This document shows, in pieces, positions 54,067-63,035 of a stretch of DNA of 64,000 nt. Numbering within the stretch: position 1 is the first letter of the stretch; each line of letters starts with the position of its first letter. Location: assembly GCA_964521085.1 (NCBI GenBank), contig CAZFPL010000008.1, positions 946 to 64,945 on the forward strand. Direction: 5' to 3'. A model generated the notes under the pieces. The model worked only from the letters and a program-made list of their open reading frames with translations, ran no database searches and had not been told where the DNA came from. The DNA is from an uncultured Anaerolineales bacterium. GTDB lineage: Bacteria; Chloroflexota; Anaerolineae; Anaerolineales; RBG-16-64-43. A program made the translations under genes and the position numbers.

Positions 54067-55353
54067 TCATTCCGGAGTCAGGGTCACCGTGGGAACATCG
54101 CCTACTGCAGATGCGACTCGGATCAGCACCACTCCATGCGATGGGACCGTGGCCGTGTAGCTGTTCATAAACGATCCCAAGTCGATCCGCTGCCACAGGT
54201 CGCGCACCGTTGCCGCACCGGGAGGCAGGCCGAGATCAGCCCATGCCACGGTAATGTCGGCTGTTTCGTCGGAACGATTCAAAAGCGCGACCGCGCGAAC
54301 ATTGTTCCCGGACAGAATCTTGGCCCAAACCTCCGGTTTCTTTGTCCCTTCGATATTGCCCACCAGAACTCCCTGATTTCCAAGCGGGTCCTGGTTTATC
54401 GCAATGACTTCCGGGGCGGTCAAGATGTCGATGGTCGCCTGGGACATGTTTCTCAAATCGTTCCCTGCGATCAGCGGCGCGGCCATCAAGGCCCACATCG
54501 TGAAATGCGACCGGTATTCGAGATCGGTCATTCCGCCGTTTCCGACTTCGAGCATATCAGGATCGTTCCAGTGCCCCGGCCCCGCAAAGGCGGCCGAGGC
54601 GCTGTTGGCGTCCATGATCGCCATGATGCGGTCCCATGTGTCTTGGATGTCGCTTGACGTGCGCCACAGATGGGCTATTTTGCTGCCCGCCACCCAGTAT
54701 CCCGGAAATCCCCAACTGCACATGCTGAACACGATCGGACGGCCCGTCGCTTTCAACGCGTTGCTCATCTTCGTAAAATCTTTGACCAGGCTGCTGCCCG
54801 GCGCCGGACTGCAATTGTCGTATTTCAGGTAATCGATCCCCCAGGATGCGATCATGTTGGCATCCTGAACCTCGTAGCCGTAGCTGCCGGGGAAGTGGCC
54901 GCAGGTTTCCGTTCCGCGATTCAGGTAGATCCCTAATTTCAGCCCTTTGGCATGGACATAATCCGCGACGGATTTGATCCCATGGGGGAACTTTTTCGGA
55001 TCGGCTGGAAGGGATCCGTCTGCGTTGCGCTCGGAGGCCATCCAGCAATCGTCGATGTTCACGTATTGATATCCAACAGCCTGCATCCCGCTGCTGACCA
55101 TGGCATCGGCGATCTCCTTGATCAGAGCCTCGCTGATGTTGCAGTTGAACCGGTTGTAGCTGTTCCAGCCCATCGGCGGCGTGAGCGCCAGATCATCCCA
55201 CGTGAGCGGCTTGGGGGTGAACGTCGAAGAGGGCAGGGGCGTGAAAGTCGGGGTTCCGGTCGGAGATTTCAGGATTCCGCAACCACCCGTTACTCCAGCG
55301 AGGATGCAAGCTGCCAAGAGAAAAACGCCGATCGTTTTTGGATTATTCATCAT
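54067..55353 (-). CDS. GH27 alpha-galactosidase lipoprotein
   Basis: Lipobox VTGGC. Contains PPMGWNSYNRFNCNI, YVNIDDCW, KLGIY and GIDYLKYDNC. Confidence 0.9.
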   Translation of the reverse strand: MMNNPKTIGVFLLAACILAGVTGGCGILKSPTGTPTFTPLPSSTFTPKPLTWDDLALTPPMGWNSYNRFNCNISEALIKEIADAMVSSGMQAVGYQYVNIDDCWMASERNADGSLPADPKKFPHGIKSVADYVHAKGLKLGIYLNRGTETCGHFPGSYGYEVQDANMIASWGIDYLKYDNCSPAPGSSLVKDFTKMSNALKATGRPIVFSMCSWGFPGYWVAGSKIAHLWRTSSDIQDTWDRIMAIMDANSASAAFAGPGHWNDPDMLEVGNGGMTDLEYRSHFTMWALMAAPLIAGNDLRNMSQATIDILTAPEVIAINQDPLGNQGVLVGNIEGTKKPEVWAKILSGNNVRAVALLNRSDETADITVAWADLGLPPGAATVRDLWQRIDLGSFMNSYTATVPSHGVVLIRVASAVGDVPTVTLTPE

Positions 55354-55646
55354 TCTTCTCCAAGGCGACCGGCGTTCTCACGAAAAGCCGGGTCGTTGCC
55401 GTTAATCCACCTTCTTCGAAAAAAGAACCACCCGGATGGGCCGGAAGGTATTTTAACCGATCCGCATTCCTGCCCACCAGTGCGCACGGAGGGTGACCAT
55501 TCCCGGACAGAGCAATCCTGATTTTCATCCTCCCATCCGATTGTAGGTGGAAATAGTTTTCCCGTAGTTGTGAATTTGCTGAGAAAGTGGACGGAGAACC
55601 CTTTGCTGGAAAACGTTATCAATCATAGGCCGCCGGGGGAGAAGGA

Positions 55647-56261
55647 CTACCTTCGAGCCGGGCGTTCTCGTTCAGCGGGGGTTATTTCCGCCCGCCGGAT
55701 CCTTTGGTAATGACGATGGGCTTTCGCGCGATTGCCGCAAATTTTCATCGTGCACCAGCGGCGGGAGTGGTTGCGGGTGGAGTCGAAGAAAAGCCAGCCG
55801 CACCCCTCGCATTCGCGAATCCGATTCTGCCGGTTCGAAAGCAGGAGATCTGCGACAGACCGGACCGCCTCGCATAGGATCCAATCCACCGGATCGACCG
55901 TCTGGCACGCCAGGACATACCCAACACCCGTGGACGCCAATCTTATTTTTTTAAACGTCTCTTGATAGAGTTCGTTGAAGGCGGAAACATCCGATTTCGA
56001 TGGGGTGCTGGAACGGGCGAATGGCAGCAGCAAATGAAAGATCAGCAAACGCACTGTGCGGACGCGCGACATGGATGTCCCGGCAGAGGGCGGAGTGGTC
56101 CGAATACGCTTCGGAAGCGTTCCTTGCGCGCGTCCCCACTCGAGAAGCGCATCCCGATCCGGGAAAAAATCATATTCCGGCGGATCGTGACGATGGTCGA
56201 AGGTGTTGCAGAAATCCACGCCATAAAGGCCGCCGGCAAAAAAAAGGCTATCAAATTTCAT
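55647..56261 (-). CDS. ABATE + CGNR zinc-finger putative regulator
   Basis: C-terminal CEGCGWLFFDSTRNHSRRWCTMKICGNRAKAHRHY. Confidence 0.85.
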   Translation of the reverse strand: MKFDSLFFAGGLYGVDFCNTFDHRHDPPEYDFFPDRDALLEWGRAQGTLPKRIRTTPPSAGTSMSRVRTVRLLIFHLLLPFARSSTPSKSDVSAFNELYQETFKKIRLASTGVGYVLACQTVDPVDWILCEAVRSVADLLLSNRQNRIRECEGCGWLFFDSTRNHSRRWCTMKICGNRAKAHRHYQRIRRAEITPAERERPARR

Positions 56262-56412
56262 GGGCTTCCTTCCAATATGGAAGAATCACAGGCTGTTCAC
56301 AGCTTTCCATTATAACCTATAAAAGGTCTTTGACGAGTTATAGAGAAGGGAAGACAACCTACGGGAAAAATATGACAGAAAAATGTAAAAACCTTTCAAA
56401 AAGGAGAAGACA

Positions 56413-57189
56413 ATGGAAAAAAACATATCCGTCATTCTGCTAGTGGCGGCGGCAGTCCTGCTGGCTTCCGGTTGCGCCACGCCGGCCGCCGTTGAGTCAT
56501 CTCCGTCGCCGATCCCGGCCACCGCAACCCAGGAATCCATTGCTCCGGCAACCGATCTGCCGGAGGTCGTGGGGAAATTGCACTGGTTCGGCATCTCGTC
56601 GATCCTCTACCATGGCTCGAAAAATATTTATTTCGATCCGGTCATGCTGACGGGGAATCTGCCGCCCGCCGACATCATCCTGATCAGCCATGCCCACTCC
56701 GACCACGCGGATCTGGACAGCCTTAAGCAAGTTCTTACATCGAAGACCGTCTTGATCATCAGCCCGAATGTCGCTGGCTTCTACGAATCCCATAAGGATG
56801 AAATCGGTGTCCCGGCGGTTATTTTGGACGAGGGTGAGACGACGGAAGTCGATGGTATCAAGATCAAGGCGGTTCCCGCCTACGATGATCAAATACACTT
56901 TCGAAACGGCAAAGGAATGGGCTTTGTCGTCAGTGTCGACGGGGAGCGAATCTATTTCGCAGGCGGAACGCGCGTGTTCCCCGAAATGGCCCAGATCGAA
57001 AGCGATGTGACAATTTATCCGTGGTATCGGAATGCCGATGTCCTCGAGGCGGCCAAGATCCTGCAGACCAAGGTGCTAATACCGGTCCATGTCGGTTATT
57101 CGGGCGTCAAGGCATTTGTAGATGTATATGGAAAGGAAATAACGCGTTTGACAATTATTGCGCTTGAGCCGGGACCGTATAACCCGTAG
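56413..57189 (+). CDS. MBL-fold metallo-hydrolase lipoprotein
   Basis: AAGGAGAAG lies upstream of the start. Lipobox LLASGC. Contains ILISHAHSDHAD. Confidence 0.8.
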   Translation: MEKNISVILLVAAAVLLASGCATPAAVESSPSPIPATATQESIAPATDLPEVVGKLHWFGISSILYHGSKNIYFDPVMLTGNLPPADIILISHAHSDHADLDSLKQVLTSKTVLIISPNVAGFYESHKDEIGVPAVILDEGETTEVDGIKIKAVPAYDDQIHFRNGKGMGFVVSVDGERIYFAGGTRVFPEMAQIESDVTIYPWYRNADVLEAAKILQTKVLIPVHVGYSGVKAFVDVYGKEITRLTIIALEPGPYNP

Positions 57190-57270
57190 AGCGAATAATC
57201 GATAATAGCCGGGATCCGTCATTAATTAATTGAAGATACAGGTAATTCGGGTTTTGCCGGTTCCGAGACA

Positions 57271-57318
57271 GCATCCTTCGGGATCCACAAAGATAGGAAT
57301 CCTGGAGGATGCTTTTTT
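57271..57318 (+). terminator. Intrinsic terminator after the MBL gene
   Basis: GCATCCTTCGGGAT - loop - ATCCTGGAGGATGC (12 of 14 positions paired), followed by TTTTTT. Confidence 0.75.
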
Positions 57319-57383
57319 GTGAGGGGAAAAACGCCAATAAAAACGTGATTTCTTGTCAAATTCGAGTAAAAAACGAACATTTG

Positions 57384-57392
57384 TGCTATAAT
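57384..57392 (+). promoter_or_regulatory. Extended -10 element (TGcTATAAT) immediately upstream of the radical-SAM gene
   Basis: TGCTATAAT ends 7 nt before the GTG at 57400. No acceptable -35 is found at 17-nt spacing, and there is no room for an RBS. Confidence 0.45.
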
Positions 57393-57399
57393 ATAAATT

Positions 57400-58533
57400 G
57401 TGGATTCCCTTGAGAAGCTGAAGGCGGTTTCCCAGGCGGCGCGCGTGGAAGATCCCGAGGAAAGCAGGCGAGAACCCGGCCCTCTCACGTGCGATAACCT
57501 TCCCATCTACAACGCCGTCGTCTCCGGCGGAAAACACATCCGGCTCCTCAAATCCCTAATCACCTCCGTTTGCGAGAATAATTGTGCGTATTGCGGCATC
57601 CGCTGGGCGAAGGACTCGCGGCGGGTGACCTTCACTCCGGATGAAATGGCCGACTTATTTTTACAGCTCCACCGGATCGGTGCGTGCGAGGGTTTGTTTC
57701 TCAGTTCGGGAATCTCCGGCGGCGGGATTCGCACCCAGGATAAACTCATCGCCGCGGCCGAGATCATCCGCGGCAGGGGGTATCAAGGCTACCTGCATCT
57801 GAAAATCATGCCCGGCGTGGAACGGGACCAGGTTGAACAGGCGATGCGCCTGGCAAGCAGGGTATCGATCAACCTGGAGGCACCCACGGCCGAGTGCCTG
57901 GCGGCAATCGCGCCGAAGAAAAATTCGGATGTCCTGTTTGAACCTCTGCGCTGGATCGAGGAAATCCGGAAATCCAAGGAACCACAGGATACGTGGAACG
58001 GCCGCTGGCCTTCTTCGAGTACGCAATTCGTGGTGGGTGCGGCGGGAGAAACGGACCGCGATCTGCTGCGCATGGCGGAACGCCTGCGCCGCGAGGCGGG
58101 ATTGGCCCGCATCCACTATTCCACCTTCGATCCCGCCGAGGGGACGCCGCTCGAGGATGCACCGCCGGAAAATCCGATCCGCAGTTTCCGCCTCTATCAG
58201 GCGGATTTTCTCATCCGGGATTACGGCTTCGGCGCCGAGGAGTTGCTGGAGGGCAGAGACCGTCTGCCATTAAACATCGACCCGAAACTGGAATATGCGC
58301 GGGTACATTTAAAGGAAGCGCCGATCGAAGTGAATCAGGCGGAAAGGCATCAGTTGCTGCGGATTCCCGGTGTCGGGCCGCAGACCGTAAGGCGGATCCT
58401 CGATGCCCGACGGAAGGGCTCCCGGATCCGCTCGGTCGAAGATTTAAAATGCCTGGGGGTGAACACCCGGCGGGCGTCGGATTTTATGCTGGTCAACGGA
58501 AGGAAAATCAATACACAAATGCGGTTGTTCTAG
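57400..58533 (+). CDS. Radical SAM protein with C-terminal helix-hairpin-helix (putative DNA modification/repair radical SAM family)
   Basis: CENNCAYC (CxxxCxxC) and the N-terminal LEKLKAVSQAA are present, with C-terminal LLRIPGVGPQTVRRILDAR. GTG start; an in-frame TAA lies 6 nt upstream. Confidence 0.75.
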   Translation: MDSLEKLKAVSQAARVEDPEESRREPGPLTCDNLPIYNAVVSGGKHIRLLKSLITSVCENNCAYCGIRWAKDSRRVTFTPDEMADLFLQLHRIGACEGLFLSSGISGGGIRTQDKLIAAAEIIRGRGYQGYLHLKIMPGVERDQVEQAMRLASRVSINLEAPTAECLAAIAPKKNSDVLFEPLRWIEEIRKSKEPQDTWNGRWPSSSTQFVVGAAGETDRDLLRMAERLRREAGLARIHYSTFDPAEGTPLEDAPPENPIRSFRLYQADFLIRDYGFGAEELLEGRDRLPLNIDPKLEYARVHLKEAPIEVNQAERHQLLRIPGVGPQTVRRILDARRKGSRIRSVEDLKCLGVNTRRASDFMLVNGRKINTQMRLF

Positions 58534-58586
58534 AGCGTCGACGCTATGAAAATAATCCGTTCGAGAGGCAAATCCAAGAAGTAAAA

Positions 58587-58650
58587 CCACAAAGACACCC
58601 AGACTCGAAGAAATCCGGAAGAATTACTTCGTGGCTTGGTGTCTTTGTGG
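58587..58650. repeat. Copy 2 of the dispersed inverted-repeat element, core CCACAAAGACACC / GGTGTCTTTGTGG (13 bp perfect, 38-nt spacer)
   Basis: Read directly from the sequence. It lies between the convergent radical-SAM and pstB genes. Confidence 0.75.
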
Positions 58651-58724
58651 GTTATATTATTTGATAATTTGCGCAAGGAGTATTTTAGACGAGGAATAAA
58701 ATTTTTATATTCACAGGAAACGGC

Positions 58725-59498
58725 TTATCCGAACCGGCCGGTGACGTAATCCTCGGTTCGCTTTACCTTCGGCGCGATAAACAAGTTTTTCCCTTCACCC
58801 CATTCGACCAACTCACCTTGATAAAAAAAGCCAGCCCAATCGGCCAGACGAGCCGCCTGCTGGACGCTATGCGGGACGATGATAATCGTATATTTTTTCT
58901 TGATCGATTGAAGCGAATCTTCCACCTTGGCCGTCGAAATCGGATCCAAGCCGGATGTCGGTTCGTCCATCAGGATAACTTCCGGCTGCTGGGCGAGCAC
59001 TCGGGCCAGGCACAACCGTTGCTGTTGGCCTCCCGAGATTGCATAAGCCGGTTCATCCAGCCGGTCCTTCATCTCCTCCCACAACGCGGCCGCCTGCAAG
59101 CCCTCCTCGACCGCCCGGTCGAGGTTCCGGCGGCGCCGTTCACCCGCCAGTTCCAGCCCGTAGGTCATATTTTCACGGATGGTCATCGGCAGAGGCACCG
59201 GCTGCGCGAATACCATCCCTACGCGCCGGCGAAGCGCCACAAGATCCACAGTAGGAGAGAGGATATCTTCCCCTTCCAGGAGGACTTTTCCCGAATACCG
59301 AGTTCCTTCCACCAGATCGTTCAACCGGTTGAAGGTCCGCAGCAACGTACTCTTCCCGCCCCCGGCGGGTCCGAAAAGCACTGTGATGGCGTTGCGCGGG
59401 ATTTGCAGGCAAATGTTGCGCAGGGATTCGGTCCCATCCGGATATTGCACCGATAATTTTTCGACGAAGAACTTTGGATTCTGAACCGGGCTTACCAT
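58725..59498 (-). CDS. pstB: Phosphate ABC transporter ATP-binding protein (operon copy)
   Basis: [44 protein letters not shown] and ILMDEPTSGLDP. Last gene of pstSCAB. Confidence 0.9.
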   Translation of the reverse strand: MVSPVQNPKFFVEKLSVQYPDGTESLRNICLQIPRNAITVLFGPAGGGKSTLLRTFNRLNDLVEGTRYSGKVLLEGEDILSPTVDLVALRRRVGMVFAQPVPLPMTIRENMTYGLELAGERRRRNLDRAVEEGLQAAALWEEMKDRLDEPAYAISGGQQQRLCLARVLAQQPEVILMDEPTSGLDPISTAKVEDSLQSIKKKYTIIIVPHSVQQAARLADWAGFFYQGELVEWGEGKNLFIAPKVKRTEDYVTGRFG

Positions 59499-60343
59499 TG
59501 CCGCCTCCGCCGGAAGTAACTGCGGATGAGTGTGGCAACCAGGTTCATGGCCAGGACGAAGATCAGCAGCACCAGCGCGGTGCCGTATTGAATCTGCACC
59601 GGCATCCCCGGCACCTGAGTCGAGATAACGAATAAATGATAGGGCAGGGCCATCGTCTCGTCGAAAATCGATTGCGGCAGATGCGGCAGGAAGAAGGAAG
59701 CACCGGTGAAAAGGATCGGCGCGGTCTCGCCCGCCGCGCGCTCCAGGCCGAGGATGACCCCGGTCAGGATGCCCGGCAGGGCCTGCGGGAGGACGACCCG
59801 TTGGATGGTTTGCCAGCGCGTGCCGCCCATGCTGATGCTCACCACCCGAAACGATTGCGGCACCGCCCGCAGTGCTTCCTCCGCGGTGGAAATGATCACC
59901 GGCACGGTCATGATCGCAAGCGTCAGGCAGGAGGCGAGGATTGAGGACCCGAGGCCCAGGAAAAGGACGAACAGCGCCAGGCCGAACAATCCGTAAACCA
60001 CCGACGGGATCCCCGCCAGGTTGACGATCGCGATCCGGATGGTACGGGTGAAGGCTGAATCCGGCGCGTACTCCGAAAGGTAGATCGCCGCCAGCAAGCC
60101 GATCGGAACAGCAATCACGGCGGTGCCGAGGGTAAGGTACAGTGTCCCGACGATGGCGGGCCAGATGCCGCCTTCGCGCATCCCGCTACTGGGCATCGAG
60201 AATAAGAATTCCCAGGAGAGCGCGGGGAATCCGTTCCAGAAGATGTAGGCGATGATCGCAAGAATCGCCAGGACCGTGACCGCCATAATAGCGGTTAAAA
60301 AGGCGAAAGCGATCCGCTGGGTGACGATCCGGGAGAGTCGCAT
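59492..60343 (-). CDS. pstA: Phosphate ABC transporter permease PstA
   Basis: The C-terminal 283 aa of the 562-aa track ORF, starting MRLSRIVTQRIAF. ATGA overlap with the pstC stop. Contains EALRAVPQSFRVVSISMGGTRWQTI. Confidence 0.88.
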   Translation of the reverse strand: MRLSRIVTQRIAFAFLTAIMAVTVLAILAIIAYIFWNGFPALSWEFLFSMPSSGMREGGIWPAIVGTLYLTLGTAVIAVPIGLLAAIYLSEYAPDSAFTRTIRIAIVNLAGIPSVVYGLFGLALFVLFLGLGSSILASCLTLAIMTVPVIISTAEEALRAVPQSFRVVSISMGGTRWQTIQRVVLPQALPGILTGVILGLERAAGETAPILFTGASFFLPHLPQSIFDETMALPYHLFVISTQVPGMPVQIQYGTALVLLIFVLAMNLVATLIRSYFRRRRQW

Positions 60344-61233
60344 CAGGACAGCATCCGTTCGGCGCGCTTCTTTGCGCGGAAGAGCATGCTCGAGGCGATG
60401 ACGTTCACCAGGAAGGAGATAAGGAACAGGATGATGGCGATCAGGAACAGAACCTGGTAATGGGTGCTGCCGCTGGCCACTTCTCCCATTTCCGCCGCGA
60501 TGGTGGCGGTCATCGTGCGGACCGGGAAGAAGAGCCCGTCCAAGCGGATCTGGGGTGCGTTCCCGGTGACCATCATCACCGCCATGGTCTCCCCGATCGC
60601 CCGCCCGAGTCCGAGCATGACCGCGGTCAGCACGCCGGACCGTGCGGCGGGAAGCGTGACGCGCCAGACCGTCTGCCATTTGGTCGCGCCGAGGGCGAGA
60701 GCTCCGTCGCGGTAGCTTTTCGGGACGCAGTCGAACGCATCTTCCGCGACCGAGACGATTGTCGGCAGCGCCATCGCCGCCAGCAGGATCGATCCGGTAA
60801 GTGCGGTTAATCCGGTAGGAAGGTTGAGTGTTGTGCGGATCAGCGGCGCCAGCACCAGGAATCCGAGGAAACCCAGAACCACCGAGGGCAGGCCGGCGAG
60901 GATTTCCACGAACGGCTTGAGCAGTTCGCGCATCCAGCGGGGAGCCACCTCGGCGATGAACACGGCAGTTGCGATTCCAAAGGGGATGGAGATGACCGCC
61001 GCACCGACGGTGACCATAAGCGATCCGAACAGCAGCGGCAGAAGGCTGTACATGCCCTCGATCGGGTACCAGCGCGGCCCGATCAGAGATGCCGGAGACG
61101 CGTTGAACAGCGCCGGCAGCCCCGCCTGAAGCAGGAATATGAAGATCGCGGCGACGAACAACACGGCCGAATAGCCGCAAACCCGGATCAGGAATTGGAT
61201 GACAGCTTCGAATGATCTTCGGTATTTCGCCAT
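60343..61233 (-). CDS. pstC: Phosphate ABC transporter permease PstC
   Basis: Contains EDAFDCVPKSYRDGALALGATKWQTVWRVTLPAARSG and 6 TM helices. Confidence 0.9.
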   Translation of the reverse strand: MAKYRRSFEAVIQFLIRVCGYSAVLFVAAIFIFLLQAGLPALFNASPASLIGPRWYPIEGMYSLLPLLFGSLMVTVGAAVISIPFGIATAVFIAEVAPRWMRELLKPFVEILAGLPSVVLGFLGFLVLAPLIRTTLNLPTGLTALTGSILLAAMALPTIVSVAEDAFDCVPKSYRDGALALGATKWQTVWRVTLPAARSGVLTAVMLGLGRAIGETMAVMMVTGNAPQIRLDGLFFPVRTMTATIAAEMGEVASGSTHYQVLFLIAIILFLISFLVNVIASSMLFRAKKRAERMLS

Positions 61234-61252
61234 GGATTCCGCCGTTACAGGA

Positions 61253-62122
61253 TCAGGCTAACGGAACGAAGCCTAGGTCCGCTACAATTTTCTGCCCCTC
61301 TGCGCTCAGGATCCAATCTATATACTCCTTCACCCAGCCGGTTGGTTCTCCGTCGGTGTACATGTAGAGATCCCGCGAGATGGGATAGGTCCCGTCCAGG
61401 GCCGTTTCTTTGCTCGGTTCGACAAACGGGCCGGCGGGATCTTTCGCCAGCCGGATCATCTTCACGGCTGATGTGATGTACCCGAGTCCGTCGTATCCGA
61501 TGGCGTTGCGATTCTGACTCACCTCGGACGTGATTCCCTCCGAGGAAGGGAGCAGCAGCGTATCGGCGGCAAAGATGGTCTTATCCTTAGAATTTCCCAG
61601 CCGGATGACGGATTCGAGGAAAAAAACGTGGGTTCCGGAATTGACTTCGCGCGAGACTCTAACGATCGGCCGGTCCTCCCCGCCCAGCTCCTTCCAATTG
61701 GTGATTTTCCCCGAGAAAATGTTGGAAACCTGCTGCAGGGTGAGGTGTTCGACGGGATTACCGGGATTCACGATGACGGCGATGGCATCCCGGGCGACGA
61801 TAATTTCCTTCGGATGGACGCCGTTTTTATTTGCAGTTTCAATTTCCGCCGCCTTCATGGCGCGCGACGCATTGGCGATCTGGATCGTCTTATCGGTCAG
61901 GGCCGTGATCCCTACACCGCTGCCGCCGCCGGAGACGGAAATCGAGACCGATGGATCCACATCGGCGTACGCTTCCGCCCAGGCCAAGGCCAAGTTGACC
62001 ATGGTGTCGGATCCGCGGTTTACGATTACTTTGTTGGTAGAATTCCCGGAGGAGTTGGACGGAGAACAGGCGGAAATCGCAAGGCAGAGGATCACCGGAA
62101 CCCACTTAACCACCCGTCGCAT
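61253..62122 (-). CDS. pstS: Phosphate-binding lipoprotein PstS
   Basis: Lipobox LAISAC. Contains GSDTMVNLA...SGGGSGVGI...ASR, the PBP-type-2 phosphate-binding pattern. Confidence 0.88.
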   Translation of the reverse strand: MRRVVKWVPVILCLAISACSPSNSSGNSTNKVIVNRGSDTMVNLALAWAEAYADVDPSVSISVSGGGSGVGITALTDKTIQIANASRAMKAAEIETANKNGVHPKEIIVARDAIAVIVNPGNPVEHLTLQQVSNIFSGKITNWKELGGEDRPIVRVSREVNSGTHVFFLESVIRLGNSKDKTIFAADTLLLPSSEGITSEVSQNRNAIGYDGLGYITSAVKMIRLAKDPAGPFVEPSKETALDGTYPISRDLYMYTDGEPTGWVKEYIDWILSAEGQKIVADLGFVPLA

Positions 62123-62182
62123 ACCCCAATTGTAACAGAAGACACGGCCAGGAACGACTGAAAACTAGGGTAGAATTGAGTT

Positions 62183-62947
62183 ATGCCTCAGGCTGATCTT
62201 AAATTCCGAATCGACGATTTGGATTTTTACTACGGTGCGTTTAGGGCTCTCGAAAACATCTCGATGGAGATCGCCGAACGGGAAATCACCGCGCTCATCG
62301 GCCCCTCCGGTTGCGGGAAAAGCACCTTCCTGCGCTGCCTGAACCGCATGAACGATACCATCCCGGAATCCAGGGTGGAAGGTAAAGTCCTCCTGGATGG
62401 CGAGGACATCTATTCTCCCGATCTGGATGTGGCGGTTTTGCGCCGCCGGGTGGGAATGGTGTTCCAGAAACCCAATCCGTTCCCCCAATCGATCTTCGAT
62501 AATGTGGCCTTCGGCCCCCGGGTGCTGGGGCTCGATCATTCCACCAACCTTTCCGAACGGGTGGAACAGTCGCTGCGGCGGGCGGCCTTGTGGGAGGATG
62601 TGAAGGACCAGCTGCGGGAATCCGCACTGGGCCTCTCGCTTGGCCAGCAGCAGCGGCTGTGCATCGCCCGGGTCCTGGCCGTGGAACCGGAAGTCATCCT
62701 GATGGACGAACCCTGTTCGGCGCTGGATCCGATCGCCACCATGCGGATCGAGGAACTCATGCACGAATTGGCGTCCGATTTCACAATCGTGATCGTGACC
62801 CACAACATGCAGCAGGCAGCCAGGGTTTCAAATAAAACAGGCCTTTTTTGGCTGGGTAAGTTGGTCGAATTCGACGATACCAAGAAAATCTTCACCCGCC
62901 CCGAGAACAAGCAGACCGAGGATTACGTCACCGGGAGGCTGGGGTAG
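62183..62947 (+). CDS. pstB: Second phosphate ABC transporter ATP-binding protein, divergent from pstS
   Basis: [40 protein letters not shown] and [12 protein letters not shown]. The signature reads [13 protein letters not shown]. Confidence 0.88.
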   Translation: MPQADLKFRIDDLDFYYGAFRALENISMEIAEREITALIGPSGCGKSTFLRCLNRMNDTIPESRVEGKVLLDGEDIYSPDLDVAVLRRRVGMVFQKPNPFPQSIFDNVAFGPRVLGLDHSTNLSERVEQSLRRAALWEDVKDQLRESALGLSLGQQQRLCIARVLAVEPEVILMDEPCSALDPIATMRIEELMHELASDFTIVIVTHNMQQAARVSNKTGLFWLGKLVEFDDTKKIFTRPENKQTEDYVTGRLG

Positions 62948-63035
62948 AAGCGTTCCCGCCGCAGCGGGAAAGAGGAACCCCCTTTTTTACGGTTTTTATA
63001 TATACTATTTATACGATTCAAGTAAAGGTAAGCAT

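Noticed and set aside
60344-61180. N-terminal half of the 562-aa ORF containing pstA
   Set aside because: It overlaps pstC out of frame and is Arg/Gly/Pro/His-rich. pstA starts at the ATGA junction with pstC (60343).
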